Positions 24,275-36,748 of a DNA stretch of 64,000 bases are shown piece after piece. Where the stretch lies: the NCBI RefSeq assembly GCF_006345805.1, contig NC_043003.1:108314001-108378000 (forward strand), read 5' to 3'. The translations under genes were made by a program, and so were the position numbers. The notes beneath the pieces were generated by a model. It worked only from the letters and a program-made list of their open reading frames with translations. It was not told the DNA's origin and searched no databases. Every line of letters begins with the position of its first letter. Positions within the stretch are counted from its first letter, which is position 1. Origin of the DNA: Octopus sinensis (lineage: Eukaryota).

Positions 24275-24404
24275 GGCGAAAGTAAAGAATACGTACACCC
24301 GATGCTTAGGGTTAGGGTTTCGGATTAGGGTCAGAGATTAGGTTTTAGGGTTAGGGTTTCTGTTACGCCGAAAACGGGTGGTGTACGTATTATTTACCTC
24401 TGCC
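24275..24404. mobile_element. 130-bp MITE with about 25-bp TIRs, 9-bp TSD and internal TTAGGG repeats
   Basis: Left TIR GGCGAAAGTAAAGAATACGTACACC; right TIR reverse complement GGCAGAGGTAAATAATACGTACACC; TSD AGTAAGTAA / AGTAAGTGA. Confidence 0.7.
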
Positions 24405-25546
24405 AGTAAGTGATACATGTGTAATATTTCTTAATGCAGATGCGACTTTGTTTTCATGTGTAAGATGTACAGCGTTGTAAATTGTAAAGTATAAACGTTG
24501 TTGCTGTGTGATTATACAGAAGCAGCTTATTTATTCGGCAATTACAAATCATTGCAATGCCTGCAGCGCAGAATTGCATTCCCAAGAATAAATATCCTCT
24601 TATCACGATCTTTAAGAGTCATTAATTCCAATAGTTCATTCCCTTTTCTGTTATTGCTAACCGAACAAAAGATAGAATTTCTCCAGGAAAAGATACCAAC
24701 TTATCGCAAGCAAGTTTATTGCAATATCTAATAACCAGTTGGGGAACTTTAACAATATAAAATTATTCTTTTTTAGAATGGTGAAACTCGAGGCAGATAA
24801 ATCTTCAAATATTACATGGGAAAATAGTGTTCTAAAAAAAATCCTTTGGATCAAAACAATATTTAACCCAATATTTACACGCTATTATTTATAGCTTTAT
24901 CTGCTTCGAGTTTCACTGTTCCAAAAACTAATTATATCACCTTCTTTTGAAGTTTTAAATGTTTACGAATTTAACAGTGTAAAAGGAAATATTTTAATGT
25001 AAGGCTGATACAGAACCAGCTGATGCGAACTCGTGGCTCGTGATCTAGTAGTAATCCATTAGATTATTTCATTTCTGCCACGAAATTAGAAAAACAATAT
25101 ACTTAAAAACCTGCCTCATGTGTTGGTACGTGCATTATTATACCAACACAGTATTTTTATTATATTTATTTATCAGTTCATTATACCAATGTCACATCCT
25201 ATTGGAAAAGCTATCATTAACTGCTGTCAATTTTGCAAAATGTGAGATTGGAAAACATTAAGGGTATATGTCCAAATAACATTTCATTGCCTTTCCTCTT
25301 TTTCGCTTCTTATAACGCACGATCGAATTTTTTGCGTGGGAGAATTCACCTCGTTGAGACAATTAAAGTAAACAGCGTTGAACATCTTTACAGAAGCCTT
25401 ACTGAAATATTTATGAATACAGAAACAATCAGCACCATACAGAGATGTGTCAAAACATGGAGACTCTTTTGGATTTAACAACAGTCATCGAAGTAATAAA
25501 TGTTTGTAGCTTGACCTGAAAATGGAGGAAGAGAATAGTCGATACC

Positions 25547-25777
25547 TATTTCTTTTACTACCCACGAGGGGCTAAACACAGAGGGGACGAACAAGGACAG
25601 ATACACGGATTAAGTCGATTATATCGACCCTAGTGCGTAACTGGTGCTTATTTAATCGACCCCGAGAGGATAAAAGGCAAAGTCGACCTCGGCGGAATTT
25701 GAACCCAGAACGTAACGGCAGACGAAATACGGCTACGCATTTCGCCCGGCGTGCTAACGTTTCTGCCAGCTCGCCGC
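25547..25777 (-). mobile_element. Young family-A2 SINE inserted in an older SINE
   Basis: TSD (A)GAGAATAGTCGATACC at 25531-25546 and 25779-25794. Confidence 0.92.
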
Positions 25778-25794
25778 AGAGAATAGTCGATACC

Positions 25795-28745
25795 ATCGAT
25801 CTAAAGATGACATCGACAATCAGTTGTACTTTATTTTATCGATGGTGTCGATTATCGATGATATTAGTACTTTATTTTATAGATGGTAATTACTAGCGGT
25901 GGTACTTTTCTCCAACCTTAAGAAACTTTATTTTATCGACTTCGAAAGGATGAAAAGCAAACTTGATCTCATCAGGATGTGAACTCAGAACCTAAAGACT
26001 CTGAACAAATGCTACAAATCGTCTATTTCTCCGACATTCCAACGATTCTATCCATCCACTGCCATTTGTCACATTCCAAAAATAATTGTTTCTAGAATAG
26101 GTTCGAAGCCCGAAATTTAGTGAGTTGGGGTCAGTTGATACCACTGAGATCAGAATTTCACTTGTAATTGATTTTGTCGACTGCAAAATGATGAAAGGCA
26201 AAGTTGATTCCGGTAGGTTTTGAAAATAAAACATTAAAAAGCCGAAGTAAATGCCACAAGCATTTTGTCTGCTGCTTTAATGGCTCTTCCAGTTCATTAT
26301 CTTTGTGTTCGTAGTAATAATGGTTTCTGATTTAGAAACAAGACTATCAATTTGACGAAACGGGATTAGTCGTTACATAATATTTGCGTGTGTGTGTGTA
26401 TAATTACAATTGCCTGATGAGCGATTACGTGAAACTTTGTGTAACAGTTTGTGACGTTTTTCGGCTTTTAGTATTTTACTCTATCTTTTTTTATATTCGA
26501 GTACTATCACTCGAATAGTACTCAAGTAATAATACTATTATTATTACTTGAATGTATCCATGCATGAGGTCAGTAATTTATGATAAATTTAAGCTAGCTC
26601 TCAGTGGACCTGGCAGTAATTAATGAAATAAATAAAAGAAATTATCAAAACATTTTCAAGGTTTATGACAAACATCAGATGCAAAGACTAGCGCTGGCAT
26701 TAACTAATAGCCGCGTCAACTTTCTATTTGTTACATATTTTTACAGATCACGAAAGGATGAAATGCAAAGTCAACCTTGGCGAGATTTTGAACTAAAAAA
26801 CGTGAAGGTTGGTAACTAAATACCACAAGGCATTTTTTCCTAAGTTATATTATTTCTGTCAACTACCCTAATGTTGATAATAGTGACTATGGTGATTTTG
26901 GCGATGAATTCGTCGAGTTGTTTAGAGTGTTGGATATAATGCCTGATATTTAATTCTCTGCGCACTCAGTTCAACTTCCGCCGATGTCAGCTTTGCTGAT
27001 CATCTTTTTAGGATTCGATACATAAAGTCTAGTGTAGTGGATTCGTTGAATTATTAGAGAGTCGGTTAAGATACATCTGATCTGGTTCTTTGCATTTTGA
27101 TGGTGGTGCTTGCTACGACTCTGGTATCAAGCTTTAATGGCTTTTGTTTTTACTTTGGACTACAACGGTGACGTAGAGAGAGGGAACTTGCATACATGGG
27201 CAGCTATTGCTTAGGTCTTCGTATTTGGAGAGGAACTTTCCAACTACAGATACATGGTTTCACAGAAGGTATGGAAATAGCGGTTTGTAATTTAGACACA
27301 AAGCTAACTTGAGATAAAGGAATAAGTCGATACTACGGACCAAGTCAGGTGACAAGTATATCATTTTATAAAAAAGCTGAAGGGATGAAAGCAAAGTTGA
27401 CTTCAGCAGAATTTAAACCTACGATGTAAAGAGCTAGTCAAATGCCTCAAGGCATGAGTCTTCCAACTCTCAGGTTAATAATTTCTTACACTCAATGCTA
27501 CAGATTTGGAGGTGATGGTACTGTGAAAGATTACAAATTAGTGGGTAACGGTGTTGGTTGAGTAAAGTTACGAATGCCATAATATACATCTGGAAGATCC
27601 TAGAAGGACTTGTCCCAAACTTTGGCATCGAGAGTTATACAAATACTAGAACTGGGCGCCACTGCATAGTGCCAAGGACTCCAAATTTGCCATCAAGATG
27701 TAGCACAAGATACTGCGATAGCCTGGGCTTCAGAGGTCCACAGCTCTTCAATATCCTCCCGAAGGACCCGAGAGACCTGCATGGGGTCTTTAAAATAAAG
27801 CTGGACCTCTTCCTGTCAGGTGTCCTAGATGAACCAACTTTACGGCAGGAGGTGCAGATGATGGCAGCTGCATAAAACTCTCTCATGCACCAAATGGCAA
27901 TTGCTAAAAAGCATTCGTGAAATAAATCATGTAGCAACACCGAATGGCGGTGCCCCAGCATGGCCACAGCTCGTGAGTTGAAACTAGATGAAAATGAAAA
28001 AAAATGAGAAAAAAATGAATTCTGGGGTATGGTTCGTTAATTGGTATTTATTTTATCGTACATTCAAAAACGATAAAATGTAAATGGGACTTTAACAAGA
28101 TTTAGATTGAGAACGTAAAGAGAAATACCTAAATACTTAAAGTCGTTGAGTTATATACTCAAGCATTTCTATAACTCTAGCATTTTATTTATTGTTTCTA
28201 ACATAGGCACAAATCCTGGAATTTTTGCATGAGGTGTAAGTCTTAGCTAGTATTTTATTTCTTTTAAACCCGGAAAGGTGAAAGTAAAAATTCACTTTGG
28301 CGGTATCTGAACGCAGAACGTTAAATATCTAAAGACATTGCGTACGGTATTTTAGCGACGATTTTGCTTGTCTACCATCATCCTGATGATATCTTTTAAC
28401 TGAGATCCAAAGCTAGCGGTTTAGATGTGGGGTAGTAGTTGGTCGATACCATCGACCTCAATACTTTACTCGTACTATAATTTGTTGACGCCAGAAAAAT
28501 GAAAGGCAAAATTGGATTTGAACTCAGAACGTAAAAAGCGAAATAACTGCAATACATTAAAGCCGTTTTTCGACACTCTAACGATTCTGACAATCTTGAC
28601 ACAAGGCCAGCAGTTTAACTGGTACTCTATTTCGTCGACGCCTAAGACGTGGAAGGCACGGTTGACCTGTCAAGACTTGAATTCAGAATATAAAGACTCA
28701 GAATAAATAACATAAAGTATTTTTCCCAACACTTTAAAGATTCTG
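25795..28745 (-). mobile_element. Cluster of degenerate family-A SINEs (about 25800-26050, 26090-26290, 26730-26870, 27320-27480, 28030-28190, 28200-28380, 28400-28600, 28600-28745)
   Basis: Recurrent GGATGAAA(G/A)GCAAAGT...GAACTCAGAA motifs, all on the minus strand. Confidence 0.65.
27572..28012 (+). mobile_element. 5'-truncated CR1-like LINE (ORF2 C-terminus plus 3' UTR)
   Basis: AIIYIWKILEGLVPNFGIESYTNTRTGRHCIVP...LGFRGPQLFNILPK...FKIKLDLFLSGVLDEP; tail GGCGGTGCCCCAGCATGGCCACAGCTCGTGAGTTGAAAC followed by (AAAATG)-like repeats. Confidence 0.8.
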
Positions 28746-28810
28746 CCTGGTTCCGGAGCCGTCCTGAGGTTTAAATGGAAGCCAAGAGCGGCTACCTTCA
28801 GAAAACGCTT
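28745..28810 (+). pseudogene. Tc1/mariner transposase C-terminal scrap
   Basis: TGGTTCCGGAGCCGTCCTGAGG...GAAGCCAAGAGCGGCTAC reads FRSR..EA..GY; homologous to 34850-34890. Confidence 0.45.
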
Positions 28811-29702
28811 CCCTCCCAATCATCATCTACTTTTCCAGTATTAGAAGAAAAGAATATGCTAAATAATATGACCCCGTGTTTCTTGTAAATAATGAATGGA
28901 CTGGATTATTGTTCAAGTCCAAGTAGGGTCTTGGAAAGCAAAATTTTGATCAAAATCATTCCAATCATGACCATCTCGATTTTTAGAAGTACCTAGAACT
29001 ATATTACCAAATGTGTCCATTTTTTAAACAATTTTTCAAAACATTGTAGGACGTAATTTGAGAGAGATTTAACTGCTGTTTCTATCTTGTAAGTTGACCG
29101 CGTAGAAGTTTATTCGTTTGAGTAACTTTTAATTATATTGAAAATTATAAAAATTGTTATTCATTTATTCATTTCCAGAGTGTTGATAAATCATCTTTAC
29201 AACTTCCACAATTGGTTGCACTATATCACCCAGATGTATTGCGTGCAACCAATGGAGGCTGTGTACAAGTGTTTTGTTATTTCTAATAAAACTACTTGTT
29301 TGCCAATAAACTCAGCTGAGTTATCCCTATTTTTCATCCTTGTTTTCTAAGTTTTTTAATTAGTAAGGTAAATTATGGACACCCTCTATTGTTAGAAGGT
29401 AACATGAAAGCAACGTGTTAACAAAAAAAGTTATAGAGTCAGGGAAAATGCTTTGCAGTATTTCTACCACTTCTTTACGTGACGAGCTGATTTCAAATCC
29501 ATCCAAGGATAACTTTGCCTGTCATCCTTTCCAAGATCGTTAAAATAGAGAACCAATCTCTAAAAGTGGACTCGATGGAGCCGACTTAATCCTACCCCAC
29601 CACAAATTTACTGGCCTTGTACCTAAATCAGAAACTATTATTAGAGAATGACTAAACAGTTAATAAGACGGGATGAGTATGAGGATAGGGTATGATCGAT
29701 GG

Positions 29703-29936
29703 AAAGGCGGCGAGCTGGCAGAATCGTTAGCACGCCGGGCGAAATGCATAGCCGTATTTCGTCTGCCGTTACGGTCTGAGTTCAAATTCCGCCGAGGTCG
29801 ACTTTGCCTTTCATCCTTTCGGGGTCGAAAAATTAAGTACCATTTACGCACTGGGGTCGATGTAATCGACTTAATCCGTTTGTCTGTCCTTGTTTGCCCT
29901 CTCTGTGTTTAGCCCCTTGTGGGTAGTAAAGAAATA
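29703..29936 (+). mobile_element. Young family-A2 SINE
   Basis: TSD GGTATGATC(G/A)A(T/C)GG at 29689-29702 and 29937-29950. An older A copy lies at about 29440-29640. Confidence 0.92.
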
Positions 29937-30790
29937 GGTATGATCAACGGCTGTTCTTAACTCGAACACGACTTTATATTTATTACACATTTCTGTGTAC
30001 TGCGTAATGTAAGTACTGTTATTCTGGTAAAATGCATTTTCTGTCAGCTTTACTAATGAGAGTATTTTAAGCTCTGCCTTGTAAGCCAGCAAATCACTTG
30101 TGAATTATACAGTGCTCCCGCAATAACTTTCGACAGTTAAGTGTACTTGTCATCTGGTAGTTATTTACTTATAGGTTTGCTTGTTCTCAACATTGGGGAC
30201 GGAGTGATCGAGAATCAAATATACGGAATAAGGACACAACACAATACCAGCAATTAAAAACGTAACAATAATTATTCGACCAATTCACCATTAGTCTGTG
30301 TATTGGAACTGCTGAGACTCTCAGAATAGCTATGGTTTCTTTTTAATAACCATTCTATCGATATAAAGCAATGTGAAATATTGCGGCGACTGTCTGGTTA
30401 CAACAGACTGTTTTTAATTCAATCGTATGCTTATCTCGAAGGTAACGGAAATCTTTTAACAATAGATTAATTTTTAATAGAACAAGCAGAATTCCAAGTT
30501 AAATAACATTTAATCGACTGGCAGAGTCTGTTAAGTAACAGTTGGTCTCCAACAAACACACGCACATAAATAATAAAAATATAAATACATAAACAAACAA
30601 AACCTAGGAAGGAAACAAAATTGCAAAGTTATATCTCTTAGTTTCGTACAATTCTCTAATGAGATTGGATCTCATTGTAATTCATTGAAGTAGACATGCG
30701 CTTCTGTGGCGCCCTGAGCTACATAGATATGAATAATGGATTTTACCCATTTTAGAAGTATTTGCTACAGCATTTCTCTGTTTGACTTAG

Positions 30791-30830
30791 AAGATGCATT
30801 TATTAGTTCACTGAACGGCCACTTCAGGAA
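30791..30830 (+). CDS. Candidate 40-nt exon of an unidentified host gene
   Basis: catttctctgtttgacttag|AAGATG...CAGGAA|gtaagt; phase 1 to 2: (K)DAFISSLNGHFR(N). Confidence 0.55.
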
Positions 30831-31659
30831 GTAAGTACTTTATTCTGAAGCCTATAGAAAATTGTATAGCCTTCAATTTTCCTACTGTTTATTCTGAAAT
30901 ATCTTTCGGATTAGTTTCCATGGCTCCATTTGCTTCAACATAGTCACGTTCTATATCGGTGTTAAACCTACCGCCATGTATATAAATGCGTTGAGCTGAG
31001 CATACACGGTCATAGCTATATAACTACTACAAACACCGTTATAATGCATATCACTATGACTGTACAGATATTAAACTTAACGACTTTTATATAAATAAGT
31101 GCGGGAAATAGTATACTATTAAGAAGAATAAACAGGTTCAAAACATATCTTTATGGCTCTATGAAATAGAAATAACATTGCGACTACAGAATCATTAAAA
31201 CATGAATACATACGGTTCTGGTTTCGGTCTCAGCGTACAGCATTTATGGAATATTGTCTTGCACAATAGCTTACACTCACATAGATAAATGATCTGAGAG
31301 TAGAATCTGAATGACGAAAACTATACACAAACCCATTTAACACACACACACACATACACACACACACACACACACGCACACACACACACACACATACATA
31401 TACATATACATACATATACATATATATATATAAATTAAATTAGAGATAAAACCACTATTAGGCAACTAAACAGTGAAAAACATAAACCAAAACATAAAAA
31501 TAAATATAATTAATATAATATACAAAAAATATAAAATTTAGAATTTAAATTATTAAATTTAAAATTTTTTATATTTATATAATTTATATTTATACTGTGA
31601 AATTTGATTTAATCTTAAATCTAATTTTTCCCTGTAAGTTTGGATTTAATTCCTATTAT

Positions 31660-31690
<31 letters not shown>

Positions 31691-31722
31691 TATATATATA
31701 ACTGTGCGAAAGCACATTAGGC

Positions 31723-31775
<53 letters not shown>

Positions 31776-31884
31776 CACAGGGATATATATACGCCCATAA
31801 ATCTGCATAGAAATGCACATATACCATATATATATAATATATATATATATATTATATATATAGATATAGATATATAATATACCC

Positions 31885-32210
31885 ATGGATCTGGGTTCAG
31901 TCTCACTGCGTGGCACCTTGGCATGTGTCTTCTACTATAGCTTCGCGCAGACCAAAGCCTTATGATTTGGTAGGCAAACTAAATGAAGCTCGTCGTATAT
32001 ATATATGTGTGTGCGTGTCTGTGTGTCTGTTTTTGTCCGTACAACATCGCTAGACAACCGATGTTGGTGTGTGTCTATATATATATATATTATATATATA
32101 TATTATATATATAATGTATATATATATATATATATACTATATATGTATATATATATACTATATATGTATATATATATACTATATATGTATATATACATAC
32201 TATATATATA

Positions 32211-32254
<44 letters not shown>

Positions 32255-32523
32255 GAATAAATATACATGTATATATATATATATATACACACACATGTAC
32301 ATTTATTCATGCGTATATATACATTCTTTTATTGTTTTACTTCTTTCAGTCATTTGATTATGGCCATGCTGGATCACCGCCTTTAGTCGAGCATATCGAC
32401 CCCAGGACTTATTCTTTGTAGGCCTAGTACTTATTCTATCGTTTTGTTCTGCCGAACCGCTAGATTTGGGGTCGTAAACGCACCAACATCGGTTGTCAAG
32501 CGACGGTGGGGCAGGCACAGATA

Positions 32524-32574
<51 letters not shown>

Positions 32575-32961
32575 GTTAGGTGTTAAATAGCCACCTAAGG
32601 GATATTAAGTATCCAAAGAATTTATTGTTTATGTTTACATATATAAATAACAATGTTATGAGCCATCGCTCTTAACAAATAGGTAAATAAATCAATAAAT
32701 AAAATAAACATACAATTTATCAATATATAAATATAAATTGGAAATGGAAACCAAAATAACAAATTGAACAATTAAATAAATTAATTATCAAATGATAAAT
32801 TCAATTCAATTTTATTATTTTATACAAACAAATGACACATCTAGTAAATAATAAAATAATAAAATTGAATTGAATTGATCATTTGATAATTAATTTATTT
32901 AATTGTTCAATTTGTTACTTGGTTTCAATTTCTAATTTATATATATATGTATGTATGTATA

Positions 32962-33018
<57 letters not shown>

Positions 33019-33060
33019 TATATATACGACGGGCTTCTTACAGTTTCCGTCTACCAAATC
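31885..33060. mobile_element. Two family-B SINEs facing each other (+ 31885-32075; - 33060-32330 with expanded (TA)n/AT-rich interior)
   Basis: Family-B body and tail motifs in opposite orientations. Confidence 0.75.
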
Positions 33061-34615
33061 TACTTGCATCCTCCATCCTCCACGCCTCATTCAAGATCAA
33101 AGCGGGTTCCGTGTCTTCGTCGCCCGGGTACAACTTATATTTCTCATTGAGCTCCTTCAGCCTAAACGTCACGTTAAGCGTTATGACCTCCACAGCTATC
33201 TGCGGAGGCCATTCGGGATCCTCTGTGAAGGCTAAAGTTGCTCCCTTATGGTGCTTTTCCGCCATCTTTTCAACCTGCCGCCTCTATAGAAGAAGATCAG
33301 TAATTCATCTTCCTTCGACGGCGGGATATCCAATTCTTCCGTTGGCGGCACAGTTCCCGCCAACAGTGTCTCTTCTCCTGCCGGTGGCACAACCCCAACC
33401 GACGTAGTTCCGGGATATTCCGGTACTATGTCACCGACTGCCGGCAATGTCCCATTTCTCTTCCTCTTTTTTTTCTTTTCAACTGAGGGAGGGTGCGTCT
33501 CCTCCGTGACCGGGAGATTCGCCTCCCCATCCTCATCCCTAGGATCCTTCGGTGAGCACCCAATGTTGCTCACCTTCTTCTTCTTGCGGCCCCTGTTTGA
33601 GGAATCCTCCGCCTCCTCAGCCGCCTTCATTCCCTCTTCTACAGAGGTCTCACACAACTACTCCGAGACCTTATTTTGTTCCTGGGAACAGTCTTTCTTT
33701 ATATGGCCGGAATCCAGGCACCGATGAAACCTGGGGGAAGCCACCCTCAAGAATCGCCGGGCACCTGCACCCGGCCATTTTCAAAAAATCTGGAAAAACC
33801 AGATTGGCTGATTGGGTCCAAAGAGTCAAAACAGCGTTTGACCCAACCCAATCAGCCGCAGGAAGAAATTTCACGTTAAGAAGCTTGGTCCCGCTGCCAC
33901 CCAGACCCCGGCGGATAGTCTCCTCTATCCACTCGAGTTTTATCCCGGGTGGCAACCCTCAGACCCAAGCTTTCGTCAACCTCCTACAATACGTGGGAAG
34001 AAACAAAATTTCCTCACCCTCCAAGGGTTGACTCGCAAATTTGTGAGCCATTTCAGGGGTATCAAATAGCAACCACACCGTTGCGTATTTGATACCTCTA
34101 GAAATGAATTTAATTGTTGGCAAATACTCTGCCAACTCCTTTTCAATTGCCGTCTTTTCGAATAGGGCGATGGTGTCGAGTGCCTTGGAGTAGGTTCTCA
34201 ACACCACCGTCTATCTTCACGGTCTTCAACCACTTTTTGGGCGGTACCAATCTCCACTCCAAAAACTTTGTGTCTTTTTTCATTGCCATGGTTCCTTTTT
34301 TTTTAAACAGTTCGAAATTATGCTCAAAATAAAACTTAAAAAGAGAGAAGAAAAAGAAATCAAAAGAAGTCAGAATAAAATGGAAAGGAGAAAAGGAAAC
34401 AATTCAAAAAAGAGAAAGTCAAATAAAGTTTAGAAGAAAGAAAGTCAATAGTTCAGAAACACAGCAAAAAACATCTTCCGGCCATTCGGTACTCCCGGCC
34501 TGGGTTGAACCCGGAACGCCACAACGGCAACACAATTTCCACAAAAACTGGTATACAAATTGTTCAATCTTCGGAGGCAAAGACATTCCCCCAAACAGCA
34601 GTTCTCACAATTATT
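33061..34615 (-). mobile_element. ORF1-only L1/Tx1-like element, copy 2 (diverged subfamily, 3' end cut by a SINE)
   Basis: ORF from ATG at about 34290: LEWRLVPPKKWLK...YSKALDTI...KYATVWLLFD...WIEETIRRGLG...; knuckle (F)HRCLDSGHIKKDC; C-terminal RLKEL..YPG...EAWRM. Clearly homologous to copy 1. Confidence 0.75.
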
Positions 34616-34895
34616 GTCATACCCCCGGACAAAGTTAGAAGTGGTTGTCGGAGAATTTCTACGACTTCATCAGTCCCGATTTGTCTCCTACTAATTTCCC
34701 CGATTACTATGGATTGCTATATATTGGCCGTAATTGAGAAAGACACCAACCACTTTGCCTGCAGTACCAACGCCGAGCTAGGAGGTGTTCAAAGCACCAA
34801 CGCCGAGAAAGAGGTGTTCGAAGGACACAGTGGGGAAAGCATGCACCAGGTTCCGGAGCCGTCTTGAGGCCGTCGTGGAAGCTGAAGGCATCTAC
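34616..34895 (+). pseudogene. Tc1/mariner transposase fragment
   Basis: WLSENFYDFISPD..P.N.PD..PMDCYILAVIEKDTN (degenerate WPPNSPDLNP motif) and KACTRFRSRLEAVVEAEG. Confidence 0.75.
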
Positions 34896-34911
34896 TCTCA
34901 TTATACTATCT

Positions 34912-34958
<47 letters not shown>

Positions 34959-35110
34959 AAGCGAGAGTTGTATTTCGCTTGAAGCATTGTAGTACAGAAG
35001 CAGAAAAACGAAAATAGGCCTTTGCACCTGAAAGATAAAGGACTTGGTATAACTTTCTTCATTGTTAGAAGCTTTCTTTATTTCCCTTTCTTTTCACACC
35101 ACACACACAC

Positions 35111-35210
35111 NNNNNNNNNNNNNNNNNNNNNNNNNNNNNNNNNNNNNNNNNNNNNNNNNNNNNNNNNNNNNNNNNNNNNNNNNNNNNNNNNNNNNNNNNN
35201 NNNNNNNNNN
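35111..35210. other. Assembly gap (100 N)
   Basis: Direct reading of the sequence. Confidence 1.
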
Positions 35211-35281
35211 CCTAGTCGTGTACGATATTATACTTTTATTTATAGGTCTCTTATAGCAACTTTGTTACATATGAAGTCTAT

Positions 35282-35323
35282 GTTTCGCTGAGAAGGTCCA
35301 GTATGACTGAAACATGTCCAAAC
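35282..35323 (+). ncRNA. Minimal type-I hammerhead ribozyme motif in a Penelope-like tail (35211-35620)
   Basis: GTTT(C)G-CTGAGAA-GGTC/cagtat/GACT-GAAACATGTC-CAAAC: palindromic stem III ACATGT, GTC triplet, stem I GTTTG/CAAAC; the core carries a G8-to-A change. Confidence 0.65.
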
Positions 35324-36701
35324 TTGTCTCCCGTACTTACCAATATGATTAGAATAATATTGGTTATTGGACTGATATTGACTTTTTTCACTAAATAGGT
35401 ATTTCTCATCACCTCTCGGGTTTTCACTGCGTAAGTTGTCATAACACTAAGCTATTGGTTTTCATGTGAATGGTATCTCAAAGTACTTTTACTGATTTTT
35501 TTTTCTTCTTACCGTTACAGCCATGACTACCACAAAAATTCCAGGCTAATATTGTTGCTGAAACGTCGGTTATATACTGGTTACACTTTCATAGTATATA
35601 TCATAACAAACGCATGACTTAACAATATTCGTAGTGAAATGTTTTATCCATCAGGCTTTTCCTATTGCAGTCAATATATTTATCACATTATTTTTTTGTG
35701 TGTTTATGTATGTATGTATGTATGTATGTGTGTATGTATGTATGTATGTATGTATGTATGTATGTATGTATGTATGTATGTATGTATGTATGTGTCTTTT
35801 TCCTAATTCTTCTACATAGGCAAAACAAAAACTAATTAATTTGTCATTTTATCGGTGTTTCTAGCCATTTTCAGCCATTTTGTTTCCCTAAAAATAAATT
35901 CCAATTTACCATCTACTTTGTAAATTCTTTTGGAGCAGGAGTTAATTTTAATAAAAACCAGTGCAGTATGTTGCCACCATGGTTAGTCATCCAGAAAAAG
36001 GGGGGAGTTTATCGAATCTTATTAAATCGATAGTCAATGATTTATCACCCTAAAGATCTTCAAAAGATATTGCAAAGTATATTGCGAAGTTTCTAATCTA
36101 TTTCTGCACTATTACGAAACGAAACGAATTTTGGAGAGAAAACGGATTTTCTTTTTCTATTTCTGTTTTTCTTCTTTTCCTTTTTTCATTACAGAAACTA
36201 TATTAAACCATAATTTCCTATCTCTTTCTCTATATATCATTATATATTTATAAATATCTTCTACCATCGTTTGTTTCTTTATTTTTCTGTTTTGCTTACT
36301 TTTCTATTTCTTCGTTTATTCAGCCTTTCCACCCATTTTTTTTTATTTCTCGTTCTCCCCCTCTTCCCTTTTGTGAAATGAGCATATGTTTGTATGAGTG
36401 TATACGTGTGTGTCTGTGTGTGTGTGTGTGTGTGTGTGCACGCGCTCGCGCGCGTGTGTAAACATGTATTTGTGCATGAGAGTACATTACATATAGGAAA
36501 TAATGTGTTTGTGTACTATTATGCATACATGTATAAATATTTATATATATGTATATACACACACACATATATAAGCTTAAGCGTATGTTGCTACTTCTAT
36601 ATACATATACATTCACATACATAAACAGGCCACACATATGCATACATGTATGTATGTATATATGTATATGTATATATGTATGTATATGATATGTATGCAT
36701 T

Positions 36702-36746
<45 letters not shown>

Positions 36747-36748
<2 letters not shown>

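Noticed and set aside
24305-24360. TTAGGG repeats as a telomere or fusion scar
   Set aside because: Only a few degenerate units, enclosed by TIRs and a TSD.
30200-30335. Possible very old RLE-LINE C-terminus (..IGTAETLRIA)
   Set aside because: Too short and degenerate to support as a feature.
33025-34520. Idea that both ORF1-only elements specifically target SINE B
   Set aside because: Only copy 1 has a TSD inside the SINE. Copy 2 abuts a 5'-truncated SINE mid-ORF with no TSD, better explained by the SINE inserting into it.
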